Assembly (NCBI RefSeq): GCF_006345805.1
Contig: NC_043005.1
Location: 19,158,001-19,222,000 of the forward strand
DNA from: Octopus sinensis
Lineage: Eukaryota
Length of the DNA stretch: 64,000 nt
Direction of reading: 5' to 3'
Part shown: positions 1-41,007 of the stretch, piece after piece
Layout of the letters: each line of letters starts with the position of its first letter
Position numbering within the stretch: position 1 is the first letter of the stretch
Made by a program: the position numbers and the translations under genes
Notes under the pieces: generated by a model
Databases searched by the model: none
Told to the model about the DNA's origin: nothing
What the model saw: only the letters and a program-made list of their open reading frames with translations

Positions 1-223
1 AGTCAATGCAAAATGCTTCCAGCGAACTACAATACTCTCCTATATATTTAGTTGAAATTTATAGAAAAACGAAAGACGAAAACAGAACAACAAGCAAGTT
101 TATTAGTTTGAGGCTAGGGAAAAATGAAAAAGTCTGTTACATTTCGTGCCTACGCACTTCAACAGAAAATAAGAAATAAACAAAGAGAGAATGAAAAGAC
201 GTGTAGAGTTCAGCAGTCCAGCA

Positions 224-225
<2 letters not shown>

Positions 226-285
<60 letters not shown>
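226..285. repeat. (TA)n microsatellite
   Basis: Direct reading. Confidence 0.95.
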
Positions 286-293
<8 letters not shown>

Positions 294-439
294 ATGTGTG
301 TGTGTATGTATACATGCAGAGGTATATACAAATATATATATATATATATATAAATATATATATATGTATATATGTATGTGTATTTATATGTGTATATCTA
401 TCTTCCTATTGTTTTATTTACTAGTTTCTGCTGGAGTTG

Positions 440-1210
440 TGGCTATGCTGAGGTACCACCGTTAGCTTTACTCCACTTTCACTAAACCTCCTCTCTTATG
501 TGGAATTTGGTGAGTAAGGTAGTTTGGTGTTGCTGTCGTCAGCTGCATTTCTTGCTGCGAGGTAGGTTTATCCGGAACTCTTGACAAGACGAAATCTAGA
601 TTTGTCTTGAAGACACCTGCATCCACTCAATGTATGTCTCTTATGCTTTGTGGGAGGATATCGAAGAGCTGTGGGCCCTTAAAACCGAAGCTGTTGCAGT
701 ATCTGGCCCTGTATTTTGATGACAATAATGGGATTTTTGGTACTATGCAGTGGTGCCCCGTTCTGCTATCTGGGTAACTTACGATGCCAAAGTTAGGTAC
801 AGGTACTTCTAGGCCTTTCTAATTGTAAAACACTGCATATCTATCGCGCCTTCGTTTTAGGGAGTAAAGACTTAATTTTTTCAGTCTCTCTCAGTAGCTA
901 GCAAGTTGCATTGAGATAGTATTCTTTGTGTAGCTTCGCTGGATTGCTTCAAGTTCTGACGTTAATTTTACAGCGTGTGGTGATCATAGTTAGGAGCAGT
1001 AATCTAAACGGAGGAGGACAAATATCTTCCAGAAGGTCACTATCGTTTCCTGTTTTCTTGTTCTGAAAGTTCTAAGTATCCAACCGGTCAATCGTCTGCA
1101 TGTTATTGCCAACTTAGTAATATACACTTGGAAGGATGCATCATTACTTGTGTCGATGCGCAGGCCGTGCACCGATTTTGATTCAGAGATTGCAGTCCTG
1201 TGGGATGGAA
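440..1210 (-). mobile_element. 5'-truncated CR1/L2-like LINE, RT C-terminal region, degenerate
   Basis: Translates to GWILRTFRTR..FWKIFVLLRLDYCS*L*SP..ELEAIQRSYTK..Y*ERLKKLSLYSLKRRRDRY..NSFGFKGPQLFDILP, typical of the CR1-clade ORF2 end, with in-frame stops. Confidence 0.8.
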
Positions 1211-1580
1211 GCACTCCGTCGGTTACGACGACGAGGGTTCCGGTTGATCCGAATCAACGGAACAGCCTGCTCGTGAAATTAACGTGTAAGTGGCTGAGCA
1301 CTCCACAGACACGTGTACCCTTAACGTAGTTCTCGGGGATATTCAGCGTGACACAGAGAGTGACAAGGCCGGCCCTTTGAAATACAGGTACAACAGAAAC
1401 AGGAAGTAAGAGTGAGAGAAAGTTGTGGTGAAAGAGTACAGCAGGGATCACCACCATCCCCTGCCGGAGCTTTAGGTGTTTTCGCTCAATAAACACTCAC
1501 AACGCCCGGTCTGGGAATCGAAACCGTGATCCTATGACCGCGAGTCCGCTGCCCTAACCACTGGGCCATTGCGCCTCCAC
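1211..1580 (-). mobile_element. tRNA-derived SINE (family A)
   Basis: Minus-strand head gtggaggcgcaatggcccagtggttagggcagcggactc...gtttcgattcc has A and B boxes; a second copy is at 5556-5722. Confidence 0.8.
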
Positions 1581-1731
1581 CGCAGTCCTGTATCCTGTCT
1601 ACTTTTCATACAGCTTCGTGTTTCGGTGGTGCAGGATATAGAATTTTCATTAAAATTCATGCTATTTTCCTCAGCGTCTTTTGCATATATTATTATTACT
1701 ATCACTATTATTATTATTATTATTATTATTA

Positions 1732-1785
<54 letters not shown>

Positions 1786-1859
1786 TATTATTATTATTAT
1801 CATCATTATTATTATATGAAAACTTACAGCTTATTTTGCTGGGTATCATGGGAAGTGTC

Positions 1860-3080
1860 AGTTGTTCACAGCCAGCAGATTAAGGTGACACTTGTTTACT
1901 GGTCATGCTTCAAGAATAATTCTTGCAGTTCCAAGCAATGCTGAATTTTGTAGGTGTTTTATCTTCACTCTTGCACCGATCTTTTTCAGCCATGCTGGTC
2001 GTTGAGCGCTGATACTTCCGAGTGCATAATGACTATTAGTATCATGTCTACTCTCTTCCATGATCACAAAATTCGTATTTCCCATTTTAAATCGTCGTAG
2101 TTGTTTATTTCTTCTTTCACATTGATCCTGTTGTCACCGGGGCATGCTATGGCGATTATCATACATGCTCTTCCTTTTTTCATTCACCACAACAATGTCC
2201 GGTTTCCTATGTCTTGTTAGGTGATTGCACTGGATCGTTACATCCCACAGGATTTTGCAGTTCTCATTTTCGGTGATTCCTTTTGGGGTTTATTCATATA
2301 ACGTCTTTGCTCTTCGTAGGCCGTGATTTCCACACAGCTCTCAATGGATCATTCTTGCCACATCATCATAGTGTCGTTTGTATTCGCGTTTTACCAATTT
2401 CAGGCATTCTCTAACGATGTGGTACACTGTTTTACCACTCTCACTTTACATTCCGCATTTGTCGCTATCGGTAGTACTGTCAATTTTTGCACTTCATATG
2501 ATTGGTCCTTAGCGTTTGTACCTGAGCTACGCATAGGAATATTTCTGTGTCTATCTTCAGGTAATTCCTCCTCATCCATAGCCACCGGTCCTTTGTAGCT
2601 GTCTTGGCGTTCACATCTCTTGAAAACTGACCGTACATTTTTGCCTTCCATGCATTTTCTTTTTTTTTTGTTCATTTCTTGTTTAAATTTTTCTTTAGTT
2701 ACACAATTTTTCAGTTTTGATGATGTTGGCCTTCTTCGTGTGTTTCAACAGTGGCTCTACAGCATTTGTTTATATGCCACCATAGGTTGTTTTCCTTAAT
2801 TTTCTGCATTTCATATAATTGGTCCTTAAAGCTTGTTCTTGAGCTGCGCATATGAGCACTTCTGTCTCTATCTTCAGGTCATTCTTCCTCATTCACTCTT
2901 CCTCATCCATAGCCACCGGTCCTCTGTATCTGTTTTGGCATTCACATCTCTTGCAAACTGACCATACATTTTTTCGTTCCATGCCTTTTTTGTTCATTTC
3001 TTATTTAAATTTTTCTTAAATTACACAATTTTTTAAGTTTTGATAATGTCGGCCTTCTTCGTGTGTTTCAAAAGTGGTTC
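1860..3080 (-). mobile_element. R4/NeSL-type non-LTR retrotransposon relic (REL endonuclease end) with an internal ~320-bp tandem duplication
   Basis: Motifs LVKREYKRHYDDVARMIH*ELCGNHGL and GSIS..PAWLKKIGARVKIKHLQNSALLGTARI. Segments ~2481-2755 and ~2798-3076 are diverged copies of each other. Confidence 0.75.
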
Positions 3081-3630
3081 CACGGTATTTTTATATACTA
3101 CCCTGTTTTCCTCATACACCACACTATGCTGTTTCCTGGAATATGAGGAATATGGCCAATAATAAAAATAATTATAGATTTCTGTCCAATAGAGCAACAG
3201 ACAGTCTCTGACCTACATCTAAGTTTCCTTAATTGGAGCTCAACGTCAACCGGTTAGTTGTACTCGTATGTGTGTATGCCAATAGTTGGCATTAGTACTT
3301 GAGCAGATCTGTATGTTTTGTTTAACGTATGTGCATTCATACATATAGATGTAGATGTATGTATGCATGTGTGTGTAAATATACATACACATATATACAT
3401 ATGTATATGGATGTAAGCATGTATACTCATATATGTATACACTTTTATGAATTTATATATACATATGCCTATTTATATTCAAATGTATATCACATACACA
3501 TGTTCATAGCTATTTACACATACGTGCATACGCCCATACTCACAAGCAAATACAAAGACAATCTTTATATGTATGTATATGTATGCATATATGTATATTC
3601 TTTTATTCTTTTTCTTTTATACTTTTATTC

Positions 3631-3810
3631 TTTTATTTGTTTCAGTCATTTGACTGCGGCCATGCTGGAACACCGCCTTTAGTCAAACCTGTCGAGCCCA
3701 GGACTTATTCCTTTGTAAGCGTAGTAATATTTCTATCGGTCTCTTTTGCTGAACCGCTAAGTTACATCGGTTGTCAAGCGATGGTGGAGGAACAAATACA
3801 GCCGCTCAAG

Positions 3811-3852
<42 letters not shown>

Positions 3853-3945
3853 CACATACACATACACACACACGCACACACACTTAGGACGGGCTTCTTT
3901 CAGTTTCCGTCTACTAAATCCACTCACGAGACTGGTCGGCCCGAG
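3631..3945 (-). mobile_element. SINE family B, headless copy
   Basis: ttgtttcagtcatttgactgcggccatgctgg... module plus CA microsatellite; matches 11222-11629 and 43660-43875. Confidence 0.75.
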
Positions 3946-4049
3946 TTGAATATGCAAACAACAAGAAAAGAAAAAGGGAAAACAGGACAAGTGACACAAA
4001 GAACGACCCTTCATGAGTTGTCGGCTGTCTATCTACACATATATATGTA

Positions 4050-4608
4050 TTGGGTTGTCCAGAAAGTTCTTGCTGATTTATAGTAGCTTACCTCTCAACT
4101 TATTTTAGAACATGGTTGAGTCCATAAAATGATTTGACTACACCTCTATTTAGAGCACAGTTTAAGCTATCTTTTCGTGGAAGAAGGTTTATGTTCCTAT
4201 AACCTGTGTTAATTCTGTAACCCTTTAAAATAGAAGATCAGAAAGTTCATTGTTGGCACTTGATGCTTTGGAAACCAGACAAAAATTGCTGCAGCTCGGC
4301 TAGGATGTGCTACCTCCACATTCACCAGATATTGCTCCTTCGGATTTCCACTTGTACAGGTCTCTGCAGAATAGTCTTAATGGTAAAAATTTCAATTCCT
4401 TGGATGACGTAAAAAGATACCTTGATGAATTATTTGCCATGAAACCACCTCAATTCTGGGAAAAGGGTATTTTCAAGTTAAAGGAAAGGTGGAGACACAT
4501 TGTGCAACAAAATGGTTCATATTTGGTTGATTAAAAATGTAATGGCAAATATTTATTGACCTTTTTATTTCCTTTAAAAATCGGCACGAACTTTCCGGAG
4601 AACCCCAA
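4050..4608 (+). mobile_element. Internally deleted mariner element (~560 bp)
   Basis: Imperfect ~30-bp TIRs: ttgggttgtccagaaagttcttgctgattt (4050-4079, preceded by TA) and aaatcggcacgaactttccggagaaccccaa (4578-4608). Transposase C-terminus LG*DVLPPHSPDIAPSDFHLYRSLQN...GIFKLKERWRHIVQQNGSY. Confidence 0.9.
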
Positions 4609-4676
4609 AGTTATGGTAAATTGTGTAAAAACGGAGTATAGTACAGTATAAAGGTCGTCCACCTTCAGATTCCACC

Positions 4677-4716
<40 letters not shown>

Positions 4717-5409
4717 ATCGTTATTTAATTGAACGCCATGCATCCATTTCCAAGTATATATATATGCATATATGCATATATACAGCTCTTCAACGCCCTG
4801 CCACAAAAATTAGGATACCTCTAGAATGTGGACAAAGATGTTTTCAAAAAGGAACTAGACATTCTTCACTCCACCATGCCGGTATGAGGTACAGCGGATT
4901 CAAACTTCCTTATACACCAAATGGACTAACAGCCGGGACAAAGGCTCGTAGAGGAATGATGATATGAATTCATACCAAGTTGAGAAAATCAACCGAAGAA
5001 GAATCAGAAGTTGAAAATCATGGTTGTATGCCAGAATGACCGCAGCTGCATGGCTTAAATGAACATAGGATTAAAAAAAAAACGAACATGGATATAGTCA
5101 TACATAAGTAATTGTTTCTTGGTCCACTCTATGCAATCAAATACGGAAACTTCATAAATGAGAAACACACTTAATTAATTGTGTGTCACCCAAATATTCT
5201 TATGAATTATGAGAAGAAACACGACTCATACAATTCTTGAAAATAAAAACACGAGACATTTACAGGTTCACAATGATATTTTTTCATTTGTTTCGTTTAT
5301 TTCAACATTTACAGTCCGTAGATAAATATAAATATAAATAAGTATGAATAAATATGGAAACATTTATAGTCAACATAATCTTTTATATAAATATAACATC
5401 CAATTCTAA

Positions 5410-5443
<34 letters not shown>

Positions 5444-5555
5444 CATGTATATATGTGTATATATACATATGTATATCACTGTGACCGACCAGGCTGCCAG
5501 ATGTTGCTACACATCACTGATCACAATGCGCATCGCATTGTTTTAGCATTCAAAT

Positions 5556-5722
5556 GAGAGAAAGTAGCGGCGAAAGAGTACAGCAGGGATCACCACCACC
5601 CCTAACGGAGCTTCGTGGAACTTTAGGTGTTTTCGCTCAATAAACGCCCGGTCTGAGAATCGAAATCGTGATACTACTACTACGAGTCCGCTGCCCTAAC
5701 CACTGGGCCATTGCGCCTCCAC
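5556..5722 (-). mobile_element. SINE family A, 5' part
   Basis: Near-identical to 1420-1580, including the tRNA-like head. Confidence 0.75.
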
Positions 5723-5767
5723 GGCCACGGTGATATACATATGTATATGTACATATATGTATGTATG

Positions 5768-5823
<56 letters not shown>

Positions 5824-6096
5824 CGTGTGTGTATGTATATATGTATATATGCGTGTGTGTATGTATATATGTTTGCATGTATTTATGTATGTATATAGAT
5901 ACATACCTGTTGGTTCATAAGAACAAGACTTTCACATACAGAATATAGTACTCAATACTTCAATAATTCAATACTTCAATACTAAGTTGTCTCATATTAT
6001 AGATATATTGATTGAAACATAATTATATCTGTAAATATCTGTAAAATTTACACACACACACACATATATATGTATATATATATACATATACACATG

Positions 6097-6150
<54 letters not shown>

Positions 6151-6768
6151 CATACATACACATATATATGCATATTCATGCCTGTATAGTATATAGATGT
6201 ATCTTTGTTTATGTGTATGTATAGGAATGTATGTACATATGTATTTATGTATGTACGAATATAAATTTACATAAATATACTTGTATAATCATATATATAA
6301 ATATATATTTGCAAAAAAAAATTTATTATATACATACAGACAGACATGTGTATGTGTGTGTGTCTGTGTGTGTGTCTGTGTGCCTGTTTGTATGTATATA
6401 TTATATTTATGTTCATTCTTTTGATCACAGTCAGATTTACATATTCTCATAATGATGCACACATGCGCAAACACGCACACGCGCAGGCGCACTGGTGCGT
6501 GCCAATTCACACACACACACACGCACATTTTATTTTTATATAGCCAACATTGCTTATATTTCATTTAATCATTCCTTAAGAAAATAGAACATGATTTACG
6601 TGGAGCGGATGGAGATATCTCTGGTTTACATTGTTACATTAGGTTTTATATGTATACATACATACATACATACATACATACATACATACATACACACATA
6701 TGTATGTTTATGGATATATGTATGTGCAAGTTTTTATGTATGTATATGCTTATATATACATGCATATA

Positions 6769-6930
6769 CAGTAATCCCTCGCCATATCGCGGTTCGCTAT
6801 CGCGGTTCGCTATCGCGGTTCGCTATCGCGGTTCGCTATCGCGGTTCGCTATCGCGGTTCGCTATCGCGGTTCACCTATCGCAGGGGGTGGGGTTGCAAC
6901 GTAACGCCCGCGATAGTCTAGGAATTACTA
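6769..6930. mobile_element. Tigger/pogo-like MITE with an internal 13-bp minisatellite
   Basis: TA|CAGTAATCCCTCGCCATATCGCGG ... CCCGCGATAGTCTAGGAATTACTA|TA (imperfect TIRs, TA on both sides); (TATCGCGGTTCGC) x7 at 6785-6875. Confidence 0.7.
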
Positions 6931-7021
6931 TATGCATAAACATATTCACACACACATATATACGTACTTACCTGATACTGTCGAAGAAAAATATCATGTA
7001 CATGTATTTATACATATACAA

Positions 7022-7096
<75 letters not shown>

Positions 7097-7757
7097 AATT
7101 ATATATATGCATACACACAAATACGCGCGCCCGCACATACACACACACACACACATAGAGATAGACAGATAGATAGATAAATAGATAGACAGATAGATAG
7201 ATGGATAGATAGATAGAATGCAATATATTCACACACGCACACTTATAATGTTTAATGGTATGATATCATTTAATGATCTATCGGTGCTTCAAATTAATTT
7301 TAGCTGACGTTTTCTTATATTCTTTGTGAGACGATGGCAGTTTGCAACGGTAATGGCGTTCCATCAGTAAAATCTTTGGCACACTGGCTCTCATCATTTT
7401 GCAGAAGATGAGGACCCTGATGGTCCGTAAACATTAATGAAAGTTATAGGGATTTCACTATTTTAAACTGTTTGCAAAGATCTCATACAAAATATTACAA
7501 CACCTCTGTAGGAAAGCAAATTTACTAGAACGCAGTCGTATTTTTGATATTTTAAAAATATAAACTGCTTTAAGGAGTAACAAAATGGATTGCCTCCGAT
7601 CTCGTTATTTGTTTACATCGAACGTCTCGATACAAAACGTGGTAGCAAAAATCAGTGCTGGCTATAACCTTAACAAAATAATAAACTGTTTTCTATATCT
7701 GTACACATACACTATTGAGTGCTTAGACACAGGTATTTTGCACGAGTATTTTGCACA

Positions 7758-7990
7758 GGCGGCGAGCTGGCAGAAACGTTAGCACGCCGGGCGAAATGCG
7801 CAGCCGTATTTCGTCTGCCGTTACGTTGTGAGTTCAAATTCCGCCGAGGTCGCCTTTGCCTTTCATCCTTTCAGGGTCGATAAATTAAATACCAGATACA
7901 CACTGGGGTCGATGTAATTGACTTAATACCTATGTCTGTCCTTGTTTGTCCCCTCTGTGTTTAGCCCCTTGTGGGTAATAAAGAAATAGG
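7758..7990 (+). mobile_element. tRNA-derived SINE family C with a probable target-site duplication
   Basis: Head ggcggcgagctggcagaaacgttagcacgccgggcgaaatgc...gagttcaaattcc; tail tttgtcccctctgtgtttagccccttgtgggtaataaagaaata; aggtattttgcacg occurs on both flanks (7731-7744, 7988-8001). Confidence 0.85.
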
Positions 7991-9649
7991 TATTTTGCAC
8001 GTATGAAAATACACACCTTTAACAATATGCATATGAGATCTAAAATCATATATGGTTAGGAGACATTAGTGCTTATCTATGAAAAAATCTATGAAAAAAC
8101 ATCAGGTGATTATGTATCTTTACATATCTTCTGCTGTTTTGCGATTATTCATTGTCATCTACAGTCATTTTATTTTGCAATTCTACATGGTTAACATAGC
8201 GTACTTTATTAGTCATAATCTTTCTCCGTAGCTGCTTTCACCTATAGTAAACATATTGTAGAGGTAGAGAGGAGAGGCAATCGACTCGAGATGCAGCTGG
8301 GAATGTGTACCATTTGCTTATCATGTCAATTAATCAATGCTTGTCTGTCTTTGCTAGAAGCACTGGGGAGTATAACTAAAGTACTACAATATCTGGGAAT
8401 TGAGATATCAGCTGAATAACGAAATAGAGTAAAAGTGCTATCCATCCATCTGCATTAATACACACACATACACACACATATATGTATGTACGTATGTATA
8501 TACATACATATATATAGGCATATATACATACATACACGTACATACGCATTTATATGTATATATATGTGTGTGTGGGGTCTGTGTATATGTATGGATGTAT
8601 GCATGTATATATATAAATAAGTATATAAATATATATATACATAATAATATAAATAATATATAAATATATGCATATATACATACATATATGTACATACCTA
8701 CATATATATGTATATATACATGCATCTATAGCTACAGGACATTAAAAAACGTTGAACACAATGAGAAACAAAAACATAGAAAGCGAACTTTTTTCCGAAC
8801 AACGTAAAAAACAAATAGAGAAACGAGACATGCAGCATAATGAATATTCCCCTTCGTCAGTTGTCGCTGTTTCATCTACTTCGCGTTTCGAAGGTAAGAA
8901 CAATACGCGACTTCATTGAAACAGTCCTTCCCGCAAAGCAAATTAAATAAAATTTGGGATTTTTTGCGGAGAGTGAAAGTGAAAACAAGACAGTAACAAC
9001 AAACGGTGAGGGCTGTTAAGCCAAGACGATAGAAAAATTATTATGAACGCTAGGAGGACGAGCTATGAGAAGAGACATGTATAAGCACGTCTTGTCTTTA
9101 GGAAGGAAATGGACAGAAAGACAGATTCCCTTTCGTCACGTGTCGGCGACGAGAGAGTCAAGAAGGAAGAGTGAGAGAGAGAGGGAACGGGGAAGGGGAG
9201 AGGAGAAGAATAGGGAAGGGTGGGAGAATGTATGTTTGTATATCTGTGTATGTATATGTGTGTGTGTATACTATGTATATATACAAATAGATGTTGATAC
9301 AAATGAGAGAAAATGCAAAAATATTGACTTAGATCTATATTGTTACATGTTTCACCGACATAAGAAGCAGTCTGATCGTTTGAATGGGATGAGGATGATG
9401 ATGATGATATTAACAAAAACAACAACAGTGACAACAAAAACAATAATAATAAAGCCCTCCCGTCCAGCGCCCTCCCGACAGTCGTTATACACATCAGAGA
9501 GTTGTCGATTTACAAGCTCGATCACGTGGCAGAAACTGACTAATAAAAACAAGCATGAAGTGCTCATCAGAAGCCATGGCTCGTCACCACTCACTACTAA
9601 CGCATACAAATACATCTGTATAGATATATATATATATATATATTATATC

Positions 9650-9682
<33 letters not shown>

Positions 9683-9736
9683 GTATGTATTGTATGTATG
9701 TATGTATGTATGTATGTATGTATTATGAATATATAT

Positions 9737-9789
<53 letters not shown>

Positions 9790-10411
9790 AATGAATGTCA
9801 AAAGAACAGGAGTTATATGATCACTTTCATTTGCTTATAACTGTTTACTGCTGTAAGAAACTGTGCTTCAGGAATTTGACAACACAACAATATATAGCTT
9901 TAGCTTCCTGAGAGCCCTTAGGTGAAATGTTAAGCGGCATCATAAAAATGCATGTGTGTATGTGTGGTGTGTGTGTGTGTGTGCTTGCGTATGTGTATCT
10001 ATAACTATATATGTATGTAGCCTACCATTAGCTTTATGTTGATTCATCAAGGTGATGGTATGTCTGAATCTATTTAGTTCGTTTGCATTTAGATTTCAAG
10101 GTTATTATTGCAGAGTTCATGTAAAATCTACTTGATCTTGGTGACCTGTAAGCTAGTTTACTCTCCAGCAGTTGTCGTGTTGCTCTTTTGCTTCAGGTTG
10201 ACCCTGCTTTTAATTCAATGAAAAACAAAATTGACTTTGGCTATTACACTTTGCTCAGTTTTAATATGTCTTGCACTTTCATACCGAATGCGTTTCATCA
10301 TTTTAGGACAGTAGGGTGTAATATAATAGAAATTTTCCTGATATTTGTAACAAGTTAACAAGCCACGTAGAGCTTCACTTGTTGGCTTACTTCTTTTTGT
10401 ATTTTTGGTAC

Positions 10412-10714
10412 TTCTTAAGGAAATTGCGCATAGCTGAGAGGTTAGTGTAACGGGCTCACAATCATGAGACTATCAGTTCGATTCCCAAATCCGGCTGTGC
10501 GTTGTATTCTTTTCTTAAGGAAATTGCGCATAGCTCAAAGGTTAGTGCAACGGGCTCTCAATCATGAGCCTATCAGTTCGATTCCCAAATCCCGCTGTGT
10601 GTTGTATTCTTTTCTTAAAGAAATTGCGCATAGTTCAGAGGTTAGTGCAACGGGCTCACAATCATGAGCCTGTGAGTTCGATTCCCAAATCCGGCTGTGT
10701 GTTGTATTCTTAAG
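10412..10714 (+). repeat. Tandem array of 3 x 100-bp tRNA-like SINE head units
   Basis: Exact 100-bp period (ttcttaag at 10412, 10512, 10612). Each unit has an A-box-like tagctcagagg and a B-box-like agttcgattcc. Unit 3 continues into a SINE-like body to ~10950. Confidence 0.85.
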
Positions 10715-11221
10715 CTAGACGTTTTATTTCACATTGTTCCAGTTCATTCAGCTGTAGAAGTGAGTTGTAACGTCCCTGGTGACAAGCTGTATCGGCATTT
10801 ACTTTTCCCTTGGGCAAGATCGGTGGCGTGGAGAGAGGAGGCTGGTATGCATGGGCGACTTCTGGTTTTCCTTAAACAACCTTGACCAGGCTTGCGCCTT
10901 GGATAGGAACATTCTAGATGCAACGGCATGGTCAATCATATCCTTTTTAAGGAAATATATTAATAGTTTGTTAATGAATAGAATGCAACGAAGTCGTAAT
11001 CATTGAAGCTGTTATGGTCATGTGCGTAAAGGGTTTGCTGCTGCTGCAATGTTGATTTAGGTTCTGTAGGGTGTTTGGTTGTTGGGTATAGTATATTAAA
11101 TCTGTGTTCTGAGATTGAAAATGGAACGTATGGATTGTCGATAACAAGGTTGAGTCTTACGAAAAATCTCGATGGTGCACACAACATGCGGACGGGTCTG
11201 TGTAATGCTGATTTACTCTCT

Positions 11222-11426
11222 CTTTTACTCTTTTACTTGTTTCAGTCATTTGACTGCGGCCATGCTGGAGCACCGCCTTTAGTCGAGCAAATCAACCCCG
11301 GGACTTATTCTTTGTAAGCTCAGTACTTATTCTATCGGTCTGTTTTGCCGAACTGCTAAGTGACGGGGACGTAAACACACCAGCATCGGTTGTCAAGCAA
11401 TGCTAGGGGAACAAACAGACACACAA

Positions 11427-11457
<31 letters not shown>

Positions 11458-11629
11458 CATATATACGACAGGCTTCTTTCAGCTTCCGTCTACCAAATCC
11501 ACTCACAAGGCTTTGGTCGGTCCGGGGCTATAGCAGAAGACACTTGCCTAAGATGCCACGCAGTGGGACTGAACCCGGAACCATGTGGTTGGTTGGCAAG
11601 CTACTTACCACACAGCTACTCCTGCGCCT
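11222..11629 (-). mobile_element. SINE family B, near full length
   Basis: Minus head aggcgcaggagtagctgtgtggtaagtagcttgc...ggttccgggttcagtccc, followed by CA/TA microsatellite and the family 3' module; ends 20 bp from the scaffold gap. Confidence 0.8.
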
Positions 11630-11649
11630 ATTTAGTTAAGTTTTTGTAA

Positions 11650-11749
11650 NNNNNNNNNNNNNNNNNNNNNNNNNNNNNNNNNNNNNNNNNNNNNNNNNNN
11701 NNNNNNNNNNNNNNNNNNNNNNNNNNNNNNNNNNNNNNNNNNNNNNNNN
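11650..11749. other. Assembly gap (100 N)
   Basis: Run of exactly 100 N, probably a placeholder of unknown true size. Confidence 0.98.
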
Positions 11750-13049
11750 TTTTATTGTTGTTGTTGTTGTTGTTGTTGTTATAATAGTTTTTCACATGAG
11801 CTTCTACTGTTCCAGCACGTGGACATCCTTATTTATGAAGTGTGCACTGTACTGTTTTCTGGGAATGTAAAATTGTGTTTTCATGCTACAGCAATTTTGC
11901 ATTGTTGTAGTAATTTTAAAGTTGTTTCTGATACTATTGTAATGTTTTATCCGTCGTGTAGAGAACTGGCATTGAGGCATGTTTTAATTTGTGAGTTGGC
12001 TTCTCTTATTTTGCAAGCAACGTTTGGCTTATGTGTTATGTGTTTTTGTGACGAGAAGTGATTGAATAAAATGTGTAGATTGGTAATATTAAAGAAGTGC
12101 AGCTGTGTATGATTTAAGGTGTGTGACTTTTGGGTGTTACAATGTCAGGTATGGCATATATAGGTGTATGTGTTGTATTGATTAATGGGTGCTGATTACG
12201 TATTTTTAGAAGCTGTGTGAGTTGTTTCATTTTAATTGATGTTCACTGTATTGAGAAGTGTTGTATATATAGAAGTTACACTTTGTACTGAGACATTGAA
12301 ATGAAAGTGCCTTACGTATGATGTGTGCTGTGACTTGCAGGCCTATATTATATACATAGTGTATAACTCATCGAGCCACAGTACGGTTTGTATGCTTTTG
12401 CCCATGGATTTTTATCAAGCATTGCGCTTCAGTTATTATTGGTAATTTCTTCTTTCGTGCCTACATGTTGCATATTTCAATCTCAAAATTTTTGTTCTTT
12501 GATAGTTTTTCAACCTCCTTTCGAGCAATGTGTTTGTAAAAAAAAAAAAAAAAAAAAAAATTACCGGGATGCCCATCTCTCAATGTGTAGACATTTACTT
12601 ATAAGTCTTTGATTATTATATCTGGTCGGTTTTCCTTCATCTCCTTGTCAGTGTAGACAAGCAAATCCCAGATGATTGTCACCAAATCATTGTCATGCAC
12701 CATGTTTTGTACATGTTTAAACTATTTATATTTTTTACGTTGAAATGTCACTAAATTCTCAGTGGACATAGCTACCGGGTTCGATCGTGATTCTGAATAA
12801 ATCTGAACTGGTCAAACGGAGAGGACATGGCCAACAGTCTCAATACGCATTTTTCAGAGTCTGCTCTCACTCTGTATCTTTTTAATTCTTGTCGATTTGC
12901 TTTTGTTCATTTTGTTTGTCATTGATCTTGTACAGTTAAAATCAGACTTTCTGTGTCGGATTCCTCTTTATCCTATAATCGTTATTTTTCGTTATTTTTT
13001 TGTCGCTCCATTATTGAGCCCCCTATCGGTGAGTCTATCGAACAACCAT

Positions 13050-40592
<27,543 letters not shown>

Positions 40593-40659
40593 CTGGAAAT
40601 AAATAAAAATAACATTGACATAATTTGTTGACATGTACGTACGTACGTATGTATGTATG

Positions 40660-40695
<36 letters not shown>

Positions 40696-41007
40696 TGTAT
40701 GTATGTATGTATGTATGTATGTATGTATGTATGTATGTGTGTGTGTGCTGTGTCTGTGTGTGTTCCAATACATACGCGCTTATATTTACATATACATGAA
40801 TACACGCACAATAGACACATGCACATAATCCATACAAATGTACAAAAAATATGTACTCAATTAGTCATATGCAGAATATATTCGCGATTTTGTCGATAAT
40901 GATTCTCACGTACCTTGCTCAGTGGTCTCATGACATGTAGAGTCACAAATGAGGTAATTGCTAAATTACAAAGATATAAACACTCCGAGATTATTATTAT
41001 TATTATT

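Noticed and set aside
9065-9790. Longest ORF in the track (241 aa)
   Set aside because: Patchwork of GA-rich, GAT/ACA and TA/TATG low-complexity tracts; no recognisable domain or splice context.
10412-10714. tRNA gene cluster or CRISPR-like array
   Set aside because: The anticodon and acceptor stems do not pair as a cloverleaf; units are wholly repeated with no unique spacers; the context is eukaryotic.
12536-12560. A25 run as a poly(A) site of the GPCR or a retrocopy tail
   Set aside because: It is poly(U) on the GPCR strand, and no upstream retrocopy body or TSD is recognisable.
40905-40990. Minus-strand LYLCNLAITSFVTL resembling TM2 start (NLAxxD)
   Set aside because: Lacks the conserved Asp and any TM1/GN upstream, starts in a TTA microsatellite, and its donor (AAG|gtac) is phase 0 whereas phase 1 is required.
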